This document shows, in pieces, positions 25,001 to 35,123 of a DNA stretch of 64,000 nt. The stretch is from Macrostomum lignano (taxonomy: Eukaryota). Positions within the stretch are counted from its first letter, which is position 1; each line of letters begins with the position of its first letter. The stretch lies in assembly GCA_002269645.1 (NCBI GenBank), contig NIVC01000347.1, forward strand, positions 1-64,000, given 5' to 3'. The translations under genes and the position numbers were made by a program. The notes beneath the pieces were generated by a model. That model saw only the letters and a program-made list of their open reading frames with translations. It did not search any database and was not told the DNA's origin.

Positions 25001-28000
25001 TCCGGATTTCCTCAGTCTCCGCTTCTGTGGCTCGCAGTTGATCACGCGACTCCGTCTTGTCGGCGTCAGGATTAGGTCGCTCCGAGGGACTTTGTCTCAC
25101 CACGTCGGCGTACGATCGCTGATCTCGTTTCGAAGTTCTCATCGTCGCTCTCTTGACAGGAATTTCCGCAGCTGGAGCAGTGCACTTGCCTCCACTGCAC
25201 AGCCCAGGCGACTCTTGGCTGTAGGGCGAGACGCAACACGTGAAGCACGCCTCGTCGCAGGCAGCCGTAGCCGTCGGCTCGATCATCGTCGTCATTGGGT
25301 GAGTCTTCTCCAGCACTGGGCGGTGTCGCAAAGGGGGACTCGACTTTCCGCACAGGCGATGAGCAGCTGTCTGTCGGCTCGGGGGACAGAGCGTTGACCT
25401 TGCAGCCGTCGCGAGAGTCTGGCCTCTGTCAACACGGCGAGAACTCTCAGCGCAAAACTCCGGGGAGTTGAACTTACATTGCTGGTCTGGATTCGCGTTG
25501 TAGGCTGTCATCAGGAGGGCTGCTTGTTCAGTGGCCTCTGAGTCGTGGTCCATGGGCGTCTCCAGATTCCGAGACCCGCAGTCTTGGACATCATCAAGGA
25601 GGTCCACGTCAGCAGTGGCCTCCGAGGCTTTGTCCGGGCGAATCTCCAAGGAACGGCAGTTGGCGTGGGCGTCGCTGTGGAGGGCTGAGGGGTCAGTGGC
25701 CTCCGGGTTGGTGTCCAAACCGGTCTCCAGGCGTTGACTGCAGCGATGGTCGTCGTGCTGAAGGGCTGCTGGCGCAGTGGCCTCCAGGTCTTCGGCCAGG
25801 GCAGTTTCGGCCTCCTTGTTGCGAGTGTGGACCTTCTTCGTGCGGGCTGCTCTCGCAGTGGCCCCACGTGTGGTGTCCAAGTCCGGCTCCAGGCTGGTGT
25901 CATCACCGGGTCGGGCTGCAGAACCGGGGTGCTCCAGCAGTCGGCCATGTTCGAAGTCAACCGGTGGTGTCTCCGGGCGTCTTGACAGGGCGTCAGCGTT
26001 GGCGTGGTCCTTGCCTTTGCGATGGTGAAGCTGGAAGCGGAACTCGCTTAATCGCTCAATCCAACGGCCCAAGATGCCTGTGACCTGAGTCTGGTTCAGC
26101 AGCCATAGCAAGGCCCGATGGTCAGAACGAACTTCAAACTTCTTGCCGATTAAATAATGACGGAAATGTCGCATCGCGTCCACGATTGCAAGCAGCTCTT
26201 TCTTCGTGACCGTGTAGCGCTTCTCAGGATCACGAAGTTTCCGGCTAAAGAATGCAATTGGGCGCTCGACGCCGTCGGATTGCCGTTGTCCAAGACAAGC
26301 GCCTATGCGAATGTCTGAGGCATCAGTGTCTAGGACAAACTTCACACCAGGATCTGAGTTAAATTCAGGCAGAGCGAGAACTTCAGTCGAACACAACTTC
26401 TTCTTCAACGTGTCGAACGCTACCTGGTGCTCATCAGTCCAACGCTGCCGCAGGCTGCCGATGTCCTTTCGAGTCAGGGCATGCAGCGGCGCAGCAAATC
26501 CAGCGTAGCCGTTGACAAACTTGTGGTAGTAATTGGCGAGGCCTAGGAATTGTCTCAGTTGAGTAACGGACTGTGGCACGGGCCAATCACGGATCTGCGC
26601 AATCTTGTCCTCACAGGTCTTCAGGCCGTCGGGAGTCACGACGTGTCCTAGATAATGCAGCTCCTTGAGGAACAAATGGCACTTCTTCGGCTTGACCTTG
26701 AGGTTGGCTGCGATAATCCGCTGGAGTACAGTCCGCAGGTTGTCCAGCTGCTCCTCGAAGGTCACTGAGTGCACCACGATGTCATCCATGTAGCCGAGCG
26801 CAGTCTTTGGCGTCAGGCCGTCCAGGAGCTTATTGATGCAACGCTGAAAGCTGCCTGGACTATCGTGGAGACCCATCGGTAGAACATTGAAACAGAATTG
26901 TCCGCGGTCAATCACAGAGAACGCCGTCAGGTGCTGATCGCAGTCGCGCAGCGGGATCTGCCAGAATCCTTGCGCGAGATCCAAGCTAGAGTACCACTGG
27001 GCACCACGCAGCTTCGCGAAGGTCTCCTGAATGTGCGGCAGCGGGTACGGGTGGTACACACACTTGTCGTTGAGAGCTCTGAAGTCATGCACCAGCCTGA
27101 TGTTGCCGTCCTTTTTGGGCACTATCAGCATTGGCGAGTTGTAGCTAGAATAAGCCGGGCGAATGATGTGCTTCGCCAGCATCTCGTCTAGCAGGGCGTC
27201 TAGCTTGTCCTTCAGATGAGGCGGGATCCTGCGCGGTGGTAGTGCAACTGGTGTCCGATCCTTCAGGATGATCTCGTGGGTCACCAGGTGTGTCAGGCCA
27301 GCGTCTAGCAGGTGCTTCGAGAAGGCTGCTTGACACTCAACTAGTAGATCTCGCACTCTCTGTCGTTGATCTTCGGACAGCTCGCTGTTGATCTCGACTT
27401 CCTCTAGCCAAGCTGTGCTGGACTCTTCAGGGCTCCTTGGCAAATGTCGCACTTCAGGTTCCGGCGTCTCTTCCAGGTACATCAGGTCGGCAGTTCTAAG
27501 TGGTGTCGCAACACCAACGCGGATGCCCGACTGCAGGAACACCTCGCAGTCAGCAGTGTTGACAACCTCGATGTAGCCTCGACCTTCAGGCATCGTCATC
27601 AGAGCTGGAGCTGCTTCCAGAGTGTTGCAGCTGGGGTGCAGTCTCGACTTCACCAGCTCGACGATTGATGGCGATCCTCGGTTCTCGGGGTGGCCGACAT
27701 CCAACTGGACGGCCAACAGCGCTGAACTTCTCGGCGGCAGAGTGCACTTCTCGGAGGTGTACACCCGGCATGATTGAAGCTCACGGCGCGAATAGCGAAC
27801 GGGAATGCACGCGCCATTGTTGAACTTTAGCATTCCTTGAGCAAAGTCCAAGTTCTGGCAGTGCTCGCGCATGAAATTAATACCAAGCAAATTTTCACAA
27901 TCGGTGACCGTGACCAGGAATTCGGTGTCCGCGACGACATCACCGAACTCCACCGGGATGATCACCTTACACGCAAGGGGTAGCTGCGTACCGTCGTACA

Positions 28001-28391
28001 TGGTCACGCAATCCGGGATAGCATGCGATATAATACAACGAGGCATCCGACGTCTAACATTGGCCCAGGTCGACGCTCCAAGAAAGTTTTTCCGACTGCC
28101 GCTGTCTAGTAGGAAAGGGACTTCTCGGCCCGCCAATCGGCCGGTGACGTACGGATCAGCCTCACGCGCATGGATTTTTTGATCATTGGAGGTGTCCACG
28201 AAACCTCCGCACTCAGCCTCACTTACTGATGAGCGACTGTCGGACTGGGCATTGGCGCCTGCGCAGCCGACATCCTCTTCTTCTGGTGAGCGTTCGGAGT
28301 CTGCCAAGTAGCCGGGGCTTGGGCTTTTCGGAGGGCGTTGCCGTGGGCGCTCTCCGTCTCGCCGTTTCCCTGGTTCTGGCGTAACGGGCAC
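22050..28391 (-). CDS. pol: Pol polyprotein (protease, RT, RNase H, integrase, long C-terminal extension), reached by -1 frameshift
   Basis: LLDSGS (protease); LDLAQGFWQI and YMDD (RT); LDTDASD...ELLAI...DALSR (RNase H); H..GH...C..C, VHCDVVGP, HTDQGTNF and NGQVENLN (integrase). 2113 open codons. Confidence 0.97.
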   Translation of the reverse strand: MPVTPEPGKRRDGERPRQRPPKSPSPGYLADSERSPEEEDVGCAGANAQSDSRSSVSEAECGGFVDTSNDQKIHAREADPYVTGRLAGREVPFLLDSGSRKNFLGASTWANVRRRMPRCIISHAIPDCVTMYDGTQLPLACKVIIPVEFGDVVADTEFLVTVTDCENLLGINFMREHCQNLDFAQGMLKFNNGACIPVRYSRRELQSCRVYTSEKCTLPPRSSALLAVQLDVGHPENRGSPSIVELVKSRLHPSCNTLEAAPALMTMPEGRGYIEVVNTADCEVFLQSGIRVGVATPLRTADLMYLEETPEPEVRHLPRSPEESSTAWLEEVEINSELSEDQRQRVRDLLVECQAAFSKHLLDAGLTHLVTHEIILKDRTPVALPPRRIPPHLKDKLDALLDEMLAKHIIRPAYSSYNSPMLIVPKKDGNIRLVHDFRALNDKCVYHPYPLPHIQETFAKLRGAQWYSSLDLAQGFWQIPLRDCDQHLTAFSVIDRGQFCFNVLPMGLHDSPGSFQRCINKLLDGLTPKTALGYMDDIVVHSVTFEEQLDNLRTVLQRIIAANLKVKPKKCHLFLKELHYLGHVVTPDGLKTCEDKIAQIRDWPVPQSVTQLRQFLGLANYYHKFVNGYAGFAAPLHALTRKDIGSLRQRWTDEHQVAFDTLKKKLCSTEVLALPEFNSDPGVKFVLDTDASDIRIGACLGQRQSDGVERPIAFFSRKLRDPEKRYTVTKKELLAIVDAMRHFRHYLIGKKFEVRSDHRALLWLLNQTQVTGILGRWIERLSEFRFQLHHRKGKDHANADALSRRPETPPVDFEHGRLLEHPGSAARPGDDTSLEPDLDTTRGATARAARTKKVHTRNKEAETALAEDLEATAPAALQHDDHRCSQRLETGLDTNPEATDPSALHSDAHANCRSLEIRPDKASEATADVDLLDDVQDCGSRNLETPMDHDSEATEQAALLMTAYNANPDQQCKFNSPEFCAESSRRVDRGQTLATAARSTLCPPSRQTAAHRLCGKSSPPLRHRPVLEKTHPMTTMIEPTATAACDEACFTCCVSPYSQESPGLCSGGKCTAPAAEIPVKRATMRTSKRDQRSYADVVRQSPSERPNPDADKTESRDQLRATEAETEEIRNPQPCRAVLTDFLRLPMTRQQFVDAQRADRAISYVLNLVENKVPKPEFDARLRLTKEQRNLLGYYDNLREDNGLLMIDLTDGQQPPKVVLPEALDAQVLQELHSSPLCGHLGQTKTLKRLRERFWRPGLARVTENFISKCRACLESKSRRRDRVPVQSFPVCEVLGRVHCDVVGPIAQKSKSGNRYILTLCDATSKYPFAYPMRNQKAKTVIKILQERLIPDFGVPCWIHTDQGTNFTGSAFKKFCDLFGIRHTTTTPYNPASNGQVENLNKQLKSVLTCLLERNHNDWDTFLPACLMALRSSVHPVTGFTPHYLVFGRDFRLPIDNAIKKLPEYANLPDYVKDFQRRLDEATELAKERLHLHQQLRDEHYSNLPAAKKLQPGDLVFLNNPVLEPDEAAKFHRPRKALYEVVEPKGEVVYKIRRRVPNPRARRDELVVHRRNLLLVPDADYQLTSDPEVDKAKKHRRSTDVPDGAGPATLTPIPEDDPDDDDDDDDAWPAFRWHFRPLAIPDVRPGGGPVTTPANQASAFRREPLPYGDRHDGVPGLNASAPAASFSPVHAFPLPEPFSAVQSPAPPSCTTQVEASPIPVVVGRPVRDRRPPERLLITDPRAKTYVSRTARMRVHKLKHFSAAMHKRPYQANSSASSEDEQGRPSRSRHRQGTPSSPEVMGIPRRPLASRQLLQPDGQEHPVRPPRRGRERESRNDSPSPEMRRSRPSHRARGTVRVELPEVIDLTGDSPPGDAPVRRLTAQRLAAALAYAQLEQEVSRGLRAVRRQIRATFPDPDPEPGHLEAHRNDLSEAVAGGPRDPPQPGSPMSLVEGAPSPRAGQEESAEPAGLWDGLTAALSRELPRAPPSTPENPPTMANASTQTADPEPASPTDEARAALLMAGAGLARNLLVAAARHGHWPQVFAGPVWSSLRWTTMEERAALLEEAVRLGGPDLQQPSRPFAVHLAAIEIARHLGGSEAELPAALARPSMQYF

Positions 28392-29392
28392 TGTGCATTG
28401 CGATGACCAGGCTGACCGCAGCCATAGCAGATCATGGCTTTCGAAGGCGGACTCGTCTTCTGCTGCTGGTCACGCTGCACCAGGTTGTCTAGCAGTCGTT
28501 GTTGTTTCTCTAGCAGATCAGTCAGAGCTAGGAGAGCTTGAGCGGTGGCGTCGGGCGTCGGGTCACCGTCGCGCTCCCCGTTCAGCATGCGAACCGGGGG
28601 TTGAGCAGAGCGCTGCGCCAGTTCTTTAGCGCCTTCCAGACGATGGAGTTCTCGAATAGCGGCCAGCAGATTGTTCGGGCGGACCCAATAGAGCCGCTCG
28701 CGCAGATCTGGTGTCGTCCTGATGCCAGCTAGGAACTGATCAGCCAGCTCCCGCTCTCGATCGTCAGGGTGCATTCGAGGGTACGCTCGCTCTCCCAAGG
28801 TGCGCAGGGCATCAGCGTACTCTTCTGCTGACTCGTTCTTGCCTTGCTGACGGCGCCTCAGCAGCTCTCGATATTCATCCGCGCCACCGTGGCGGGCGAA
28901 TCTCTCGATCAGTCGCTGCCTGACCTCCTCGTAGCCAGCATAGCGTGGGAGGTGCATACTGAGCAGAGCCGGGTAAGCAGTAGCCAGATCTAGACTCGCA
29001 ACGAGGTGCTGCTTCATCTCGATCGGGTCTTCAATACGCTCCATCTCGCAGCGTTGCTCGAACGCGGCGAGCCAGACATGGATGTCCTGGCTGGGCGTGT
29101 ACTTTACAATCTTAACAGACTTGCTTACCGGCCGCTCCATCTGCTGCTGCAGAGCTGCCATCATCGTTCTCACATCCTGGGGCCTGATGTTCTGGCCGAG
29201 GTCGTCCAAACCTGGCAGAAGCTCGTCTGGCGGGTCTTCGGACACTTCGCTTCTCGCACTTCGCCGCGGCATCTGCTGACCAAGGTCGTTGACCGCTGCT
29301 GCTGCGGCAGCCGATGCTGCTGCAGGTCTCGAACTGCTGATGTGCTGATCCAGCCGGCTGCTGCACCGGCTCTCTTCCCTCTCGTTAAACAT
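28223..29392 (-). CDS. gag: Gag (389 aa)
   Basis: Capsid-like region (WLAAFE...RRQQGKNESAEEYADALR.L..RAYP) and CCHC knuckle CYGCGQPGHRNAQC. Confidence 0.95.
   Translation of the reverse strand: MFNEREESRCSSRLDQHISSSRPAAASAAAAAAVNDLGQQMPRRSARSEVSEDPPDELLPGLDDLGQNIRPQDVRTMMAALQQQMERPVSKSVKIVKYTPSQDIHVWLAAFEQRCEMERIEDPIEMKQHLVASLDLATAYPALLSMHLPRYAGYEEVRQRLIERFARHGGADEYRELLRRRQQGKNESAEEYADALRTLGERAYPRMHPDDRERELADQFLAGIRTTPDLRERLYWVRPNNLLAAIRELHRLEGAKELAQRSAQPPVRMLNGERDGDPTPDATAQALLALTDLLEKQQRLLDNLVQRDQQQKTSPPSKAMICYGCGQPGHRNAQCPLRQNQGNGETESAHGNALRKAQAPATWQTPNAHQKKRMSAAQAPMPSPTVAHQ
28326..28370 (-). promoter_or_regulatory. -1 programmed ribosomal frameshift signal
   Basis: Slippery heptamer G GGA AAC (28370-28364) in the gag frame, with pol in the -1 frame. 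About 7 nt downstream is a stem-loop CGGAG-A-GCG / CGC-C-CUCCG. Confidence 0.8.
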
Positions 29393-29469
29393 TTCAAATT
29401 AGTAGAATAGCCGAATTCTTACTCGAAAGAGCGGTTGTCTTGGGTGTAGTAGTAGTCGAATCTTGACTT

Positions 29470-29494
29470 GTCGAATCCCACCGCTGAGTCACCA
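29470..29494 (-). other. Primer binding site, tRNA-Leu-like
   Basis: TGGTGACTCAGCGGTGGGATTCGA, 1 nt after the 5' LTR. Complementary to the tRNA-Leu 3' end (..TCGAATCCCACCGCTG..ACCA) apart from a 2-nt excess. Confidence 0.7.
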
Positions 29495-29495
29495 A

Positions 29496-30552
29496 TGAAG
29501 TACTGGTGTCTTGCTGCTTCCCAATCAGTTGCGAGAGCTGCCTACCTTGAGCTCCTCTGGGAAGTCTCCAGGTTGATCTAGTAGCGTCGGTAGTGCTGCC
29601 ACCAGCTTCGCAGAGTCGCAGCCTTCGGTGAGGTGCTGAGCTCGTAGAAGCAAATAATTAAGACGAGAGAAAGAGACTCGCACTCCGTGCAGATTTAGCA
29701 GTTCTCGCGCAGAGGTGCCCACCGTCAGCAGTCCCTGCCGGGCTAGTGCGGGGTGAGAGCGAAAGTGCTAGCTTCGGGCGGTCTGAGCTGGCCTGCTAGC
29801 TGATAGCAGGAACAATCAGAGGCAGTCACGCGCAAAGTCGGGAGTTTGGAGTTCACTTGAAGCGCAAGCTGGGCACACAAACTTAGAGTTCGCTAGAAAC
29901 GAAAACGGGACGCGGAAAACGCTAGAAACGGTAGGAACGGAAGGAACGAAAGGAAACGCAAGGAAAACGCGCTTGCCTGAGCCAAGCCATGAGAGGGGCC
30001 GCATTTATAGGGAGGATCGATTGCACCATAGCACGAAAGGCCCCCGCTGAGAGTCATAAGTGACTCTGTTGCTATTTTTAGCAACAAACAAGCGGGCCCT
30101 GCCTCAGAGGAGGCAAGGGGGGGTCCGGGCGCACGTGATCTCCCCATAAACACGAGCCCAGCGTACAATGATGAAATCATTGCACTTTGGACTAAAGAAG
30201 GAAGAGGGCCTTGTCATGTGACTGACTCACATGACAAGGGGAAAAGGCCCACAAGTGAAGGCACTCGTGACCGTGGGACCGGAAAACAGAAAGGCATTCC
30301 AAATTTGGAGATGCCAAACAGGGAACGAAACAGAGGCAGGCCAGACCAAGCTGTCTGGGCACTGCAAAAAAGGGAAAACGAGACAAAAGGGGGCAAACGA
30401 GGACAAACAGACAGACAGACAAACGGGCAGAGGACAGGCCAGGGGACAGGCGGGAGGGACAGGCAACTGCCCAGCGGCAGACAGAAACCTGGGAGAAGGC
30501 GAGGGCAACAGCTGACTAGTGCGGCGCCTAACTAAACTAGCGACTCACTACA
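29496..30552 (-). repeat. 5' LTR
   Basis: TG...CA termini; minus-strand TATAAAT at 30003-30009. Confidence 0.97.
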
Positions 30553-31389
30553 TTTCATGTCATCTATCTATGCCACCCGTACCTTATTGCCATTTCAGAT
30601 CATAACGAGTTAAAAAAAGCCAAAAAATCTGCACTTACTTAGTTGCTGCACCCAATATAGCCCTGGAGCATATTTAAGAATCACCGTGCACATTTCTTGC
30701 CAGATATTACACTTTGTTTTACGCTCAAATTTGGGATAGGGGGTTCATTGCGTCGCACTTACAGAGCAAGCAGCCTTTACTTGGGCTAGTCACTGCATGT
30801 ATGTGTGACTCAGTGCACTTCTGCCTCCGTAATTCATCATCATCCCATCATCCCCATCATTATGCATGAGATTATATGAGCTACGTATATGAGCTATTAA
30901 AATGCAGATATGAGATACCTTTTGCACCCACGTTTGCAAAACAGGCCTGATGAAAGATTTCATAGAAAAACAATTTATTCATTGCTACAAACTACTGTCA
31001 ATCCTTTGGTATCTAGAAATAATATGAAACATCGTGACTGGGTGGCAACTGATGCAGTTTTTTATTTTTGATTTCCACTTGTATTGAGTTCACATACAAG
31101 CCGTATTCTGTTGTTTGAGTTGAATACAAAAGGTAGGCGGGGTTGCTGTCAATTCAAGCTTGAATGAGCAGAGTTAATTTATGGTCAAACAGTCCTCACA
31201 CTGCTCCTCTAGTGGTGGTGATGCCTCACGGATTGTTACACTCAAGCCAACCCTAGAGCACTGCGGCAAATTTGCACAGATATGAGATGCATGTATTTTT
31301 CAGCAAGTACTGATACCCAAGAAACGCAAGGCTTCAATCAAAGTCTGACAATTCTGAAATCTCGTCAAAATAAGCCGAACCTCTAAATA

Positions 31390-33940
31390 CATGTACAGAT
31401 ACAAGTCTGATACAAACAGAAGAGAGAAGAGATCAGATAGGAGAGATGAAAGAGGAGAAAGGAGAGATGAGAAAGCAGAGACGAGAAATGCGACAGTAGA
31501 GCTAGAACAGAGGAGAGAGGAGAGGGAAGAGATTATAGAGACGAGTGGAGAGAGAAGAGAAATATGTGAGAGCAGACATGAGAGACAATGGAAGAGAAGT
31601 GGAGTGAAGGAGAAAGGAGAATAAAGGGGGAGAATTGAGAGGACAGGAAGAGAGGGGAAGGGAGAGAAGAGAGATAAGAGGAAAAAGAAGAATGGAGAAG
31701 GGAGAAAGTAGAAAGGAGAAGAGATATGGGAGAGCAGGAGAGATGAGAGATGAGAGGGAGGAGAGAGTAGAGAGGGGAGGTGAAAGAGTAAAGGGGAGAA
31801 AGTTGAGAGAAGAGTTGGGAGAGTTGGGAAAAAAGAGGAGAGATGTTAAAGGAGAGTACAGATGAGAGATGAGAGAGAGGAGATAAGACAGGAAATAAAT
31901 AATAGGAGAGAGGGTCGAGATGATAGAGGAGATAGAATAGAGAATTTCACACTGACCTACGAGGTGCGAATAAATACGAGAAATCAAACTGAAATGTGCT
32001 AATTTTAACAGTCCCAGACTTCCATTGTTCCTACAAAATTTTAAACAGCGGGGCAGGACCTCTTGCGGGGTAGACCCATAGAAATTTTTCCGGTTTCCAA
32101 GATATTATTGACTTATAGGGAACAAACATATACCGTACGAGCTCAAATTTGAGTTCAAAGTTTGAGCTCAAATCCTAAATATTTAAACATCGCCACATGA
32201 GCACGGAGTCATAACATAGTTTGAATATAATGGAAAGTGCACGTAAATAAGTGAAAAGCGGTATCCAATGGGGCAACACGAGCAAACTTTCAATACGCTA
32301 ATTGGGAGGGGATTAAGCAATCACGGGCTGACTACCATTCTGCCACTCAGCGGGGGTCGAACGGAAGACTAACTCCTAATAAATAAATTTCTCAGTCCTA
32401 TAATCTTTAATGGCATGACACGGCCTTCACACATGGGGGCTCCAAGGCCTCCACACTCCTTCCAGTGATTTTTTTAGAATAGTCTTTGGCTCTTAGCAAA
32501 GACAGCGCACTGCTCCCATCCACCAGAAGGTGGGTGGGCACATTCTTGATTGGATACTCTACAACAATATCTCTCCCGCGTTGCCTTCTAGCTGGCCTCA
32601 GCTGGTACAAGTCGGGACTTTTTCAAACATAGGCTTCTTTCCTATCTATCTTTCCTATCTTTCCTTCTTTCCTAAGGGGAGAGAGTGGAGACCAGAGATA
32701 AATGAGAAGAGAGAGCAAAGATGAAAGAGAAGAGAGGTGAGGGAAGATCGACGAGAGAAGATGGGAGAGAGGAGATAGGAAAGAAGAGAAGAGAAGAGAG
32801 AGAGAGAGAAGAGAGAGAGAGGAAACAAAAGAGAAGATAGAAGTTTCAAAGGATCCGAGGGACATAGAGAGAGACAGCAGGCCAAAGATTTTGCCAATAC
32901 ATGTTTTCGAAAGACAAGTTTTTGTTTGAGTAAGACTTCAGATTTTAGAACTAGATATAAGCTGAGCTGAGAGAGAAGATGAAAGTAGAAGCTGAGAGTA
33001 GAGAGAGGCTGAGAGCAGAGAGGGGCTGAGAGCAGAGAGGGGCTGAGAGTAGAGAGGGGCTGAGAGCAGAGAGGGGCTGAGAGTAGAGAGAGGCTGAGAG
33101 CAGAGAGGGGCTGAAAGCAGAGAGGGGCTGAGAGTAGAGAGGGGCTGGGGATAGAGGTTGAGAGTGGATAGAGGCTGAGAGTAGAGAGGCTGAGAGTGGA
33201 GAGGCTGAGAATAGAGGTTGAGAGTAGATAGAGGCTGAGAGTAGAGAGGTTGAGAGTAGAGAGGCTAGTTCACGTTGTTCTCAATCCCATTCCACTATAC
33301 ATGTAGTTTTTTATCTTATGTGACTAAGCCAGGTGCTTTTAGTGCAGGGGTTGGCAAACTTTTTACCTCGATTGAGAACCCAGCTCATGACTGCCCTTCT
33401 AGTCCGCTTCGTTGGCCCCCAAAGCAAAGCGAGGAGTCCTGATGACAGAGCGGGCCAGAGATGAGGAGAGAGGGTAAGGAATAGAGAAGAGAAATACAAG
33501 CATAGGATAAAGGAGAGGTGAAGGAATAAAGGAGAAGAGAGTTGATGAGAGGAGAGAATAAATACGAGTGGAGAGAGAGGAGAAGGGAGATTATTGAAGA
33601 GGAGAAAGGAGGAAAGGGAGAAGAGAATGAAGAGGAAAAGGAAGATGAGAGCAAAGAGGTGAGGAGAGAGGAGAGGAGAGAGGAGAGGAGAGAGGTGGGG
33701 AGAGGAGAGAAGAGAGGGCAGAGATGAGAGAGAAAAGATGAGAGGAGAGGGCAGACATGAGAGAGAAAAGATGAGAGAAGAGGGCAGACATGAGAGAGAG
33801 AATAGATGAGAGAGGAGAGGGCAAGAGATGAGAGAGGAGAGGGCAAAGATGACAGAGAAAAGATAAGAGACAAGAGTGCAGAGATAAGAGAAAAGATGAG
33901 AGACAAGAGGGCACTCCCATTTTTGCTTACTTCTATCATA
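31390..33940. repeat. Older purine-rich (AG) low-complexity elements and a 17-bp minisatellite
   Basis: AG-rich blocks at 31400-31980, 32640-32960 and 33440-33910. 32820-32950 is homologous to the 3' part of the Helitron-like copies. (GAGAGCAGAGAGGGGCT)n at ~33000-33270. hAT/Charlie-like start CAGGGGTTGGCAAACTTTTT at 33345. Confidence 0.7.
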
Positions 33941-34803
33941 ACTAATACCTTTACCCTCTACCTTTAACTTTTAACATATACAAACAACACGTCAGTTTTA
34001 GTATATTGAGATAAGTTTGAAACTATTATCCATGATACAAAAATCAAATGTCTTGTGCTAGTAGTGATATTAGCTTTAGTAGGTGGTAATACCTGCTGTA
34101 AAGGGAAGTGTTTTTTGTTTTACTTAGTCTAATTTCACCAACGAAATCTGTTTTTTCCGAGACTTGAAACTATATTATACCCCATCCCAATCACAGCCAA
34201 TAGGAAATGAGGAAATATATAGACCTATTCCTATCCAAGCAGCCATTCAGAGCTGTGGCCATCTCAGAGCTGTGGCATCTATCATAAGCAGTATGCCTGG
34301 CAATTCTACAAAGATATTATCTAGCCCTTCTTCCTTAAACTTCGCTCCTATTTATACTAATTTTGACAAGTATATTTAAACAAAAGGCTATTATTTGGGA
34401 ATATTTAGAATAGTAAAACAACATAAATTTTTACGCATACATTTGAATTAAAACTTTTCTAGGAAACCCTACCACAAAATATTGTTTAAAAGGCACTTTA
34501 TTTCTATAAATTACACTGTAAATGATCAAGTAAGCCATTTAAAGTCAATAAAATTAGCTAAATAACTAAAAATTTAGATAGATAACCCTCAATAAGGCTA
34601 TTTTGACTAAGTGACAAGGACGACTTAAGTAGAAGGACGGGAAACCTCGTTTCTTAGAAAATTTTTGAAGGCACTTTTTCCCGAAAAAATACACTACGGA
34701 GATAGGAAATTTTCATTTTTTCAGCACAAAAATTGCTATTACTTTTGATAGGAGGCAGATCCAGTGCTCATCTTTTGATATGTTTTGCCTTTTTTATTGC
34801 TCT

Positions 34804-35123
34804 ATCGATATTTATAAAGCTTTTCGTTCAGAAAATTAGGATTCTATGTAAATTTTTTATTCTCCGTATATTTTCACGCGTCTTGTGATTGAAATACATT
34901 AGAATGCCACGGCTCGGCTCTTTGGTTTTAGAAGTCTATCTTATCATTCTTAACTGACTGTTTAGCAAATATTCGTAACAGAGATGATAAAACAGGTTCA
35001 TAAAAGCAAATATTGGAGCTGTGTCATGCATTTTTGTGACTTTTAAATACAGGAAATGTACGTAGAATAAAAAATTGACATAGAATTCTAATTTTCTGAA
35101 CGAAAAGCTTTATAAATATCGAT
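34804..35123. mobile_element. MITE/foldback with ~60-bp inverted repeats
   Basis: 34804-34863 is the reverse complement of 35064-35123 with 2 mismatches (ATCGATATTTATAAAGCTTTTCGTTCAGAAAATTAG...). Confidence 0.75.

Larger units (their letters stand above)
20629..30552 (-). mobile_element. Full-length, very young Ty3/Gypsy LTR retrotransposon (9924 bp)
   Basis: Two TG...CA LTRs of 1058 and 1057 bp; 4-bp TSD TTTC (20625-20628 / 30553-30556); PBS and PPT; intact gag and pol in the order PR-RT-RH-IN. Confidence 0.98.

Noticed and set aside
29470-29494. tRNA-like sequence (also 48158-48171)
   Set aside because: Only the 3'-end complement is present, adjacent to LTRs. These are primer binding sites, not tRNA genes.
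30553-31400. Expected MULE DDE transposase continuation after the LTR element
   Set aside because: All three plus-strand frames close quickly and no DGTF-type motif was found.
32510-32580. PIHQKVGGHILDWILYN resembling a LINE endonuclease PTH..G..LDL motif
   Set aside because: Too short and isolated to support a call.
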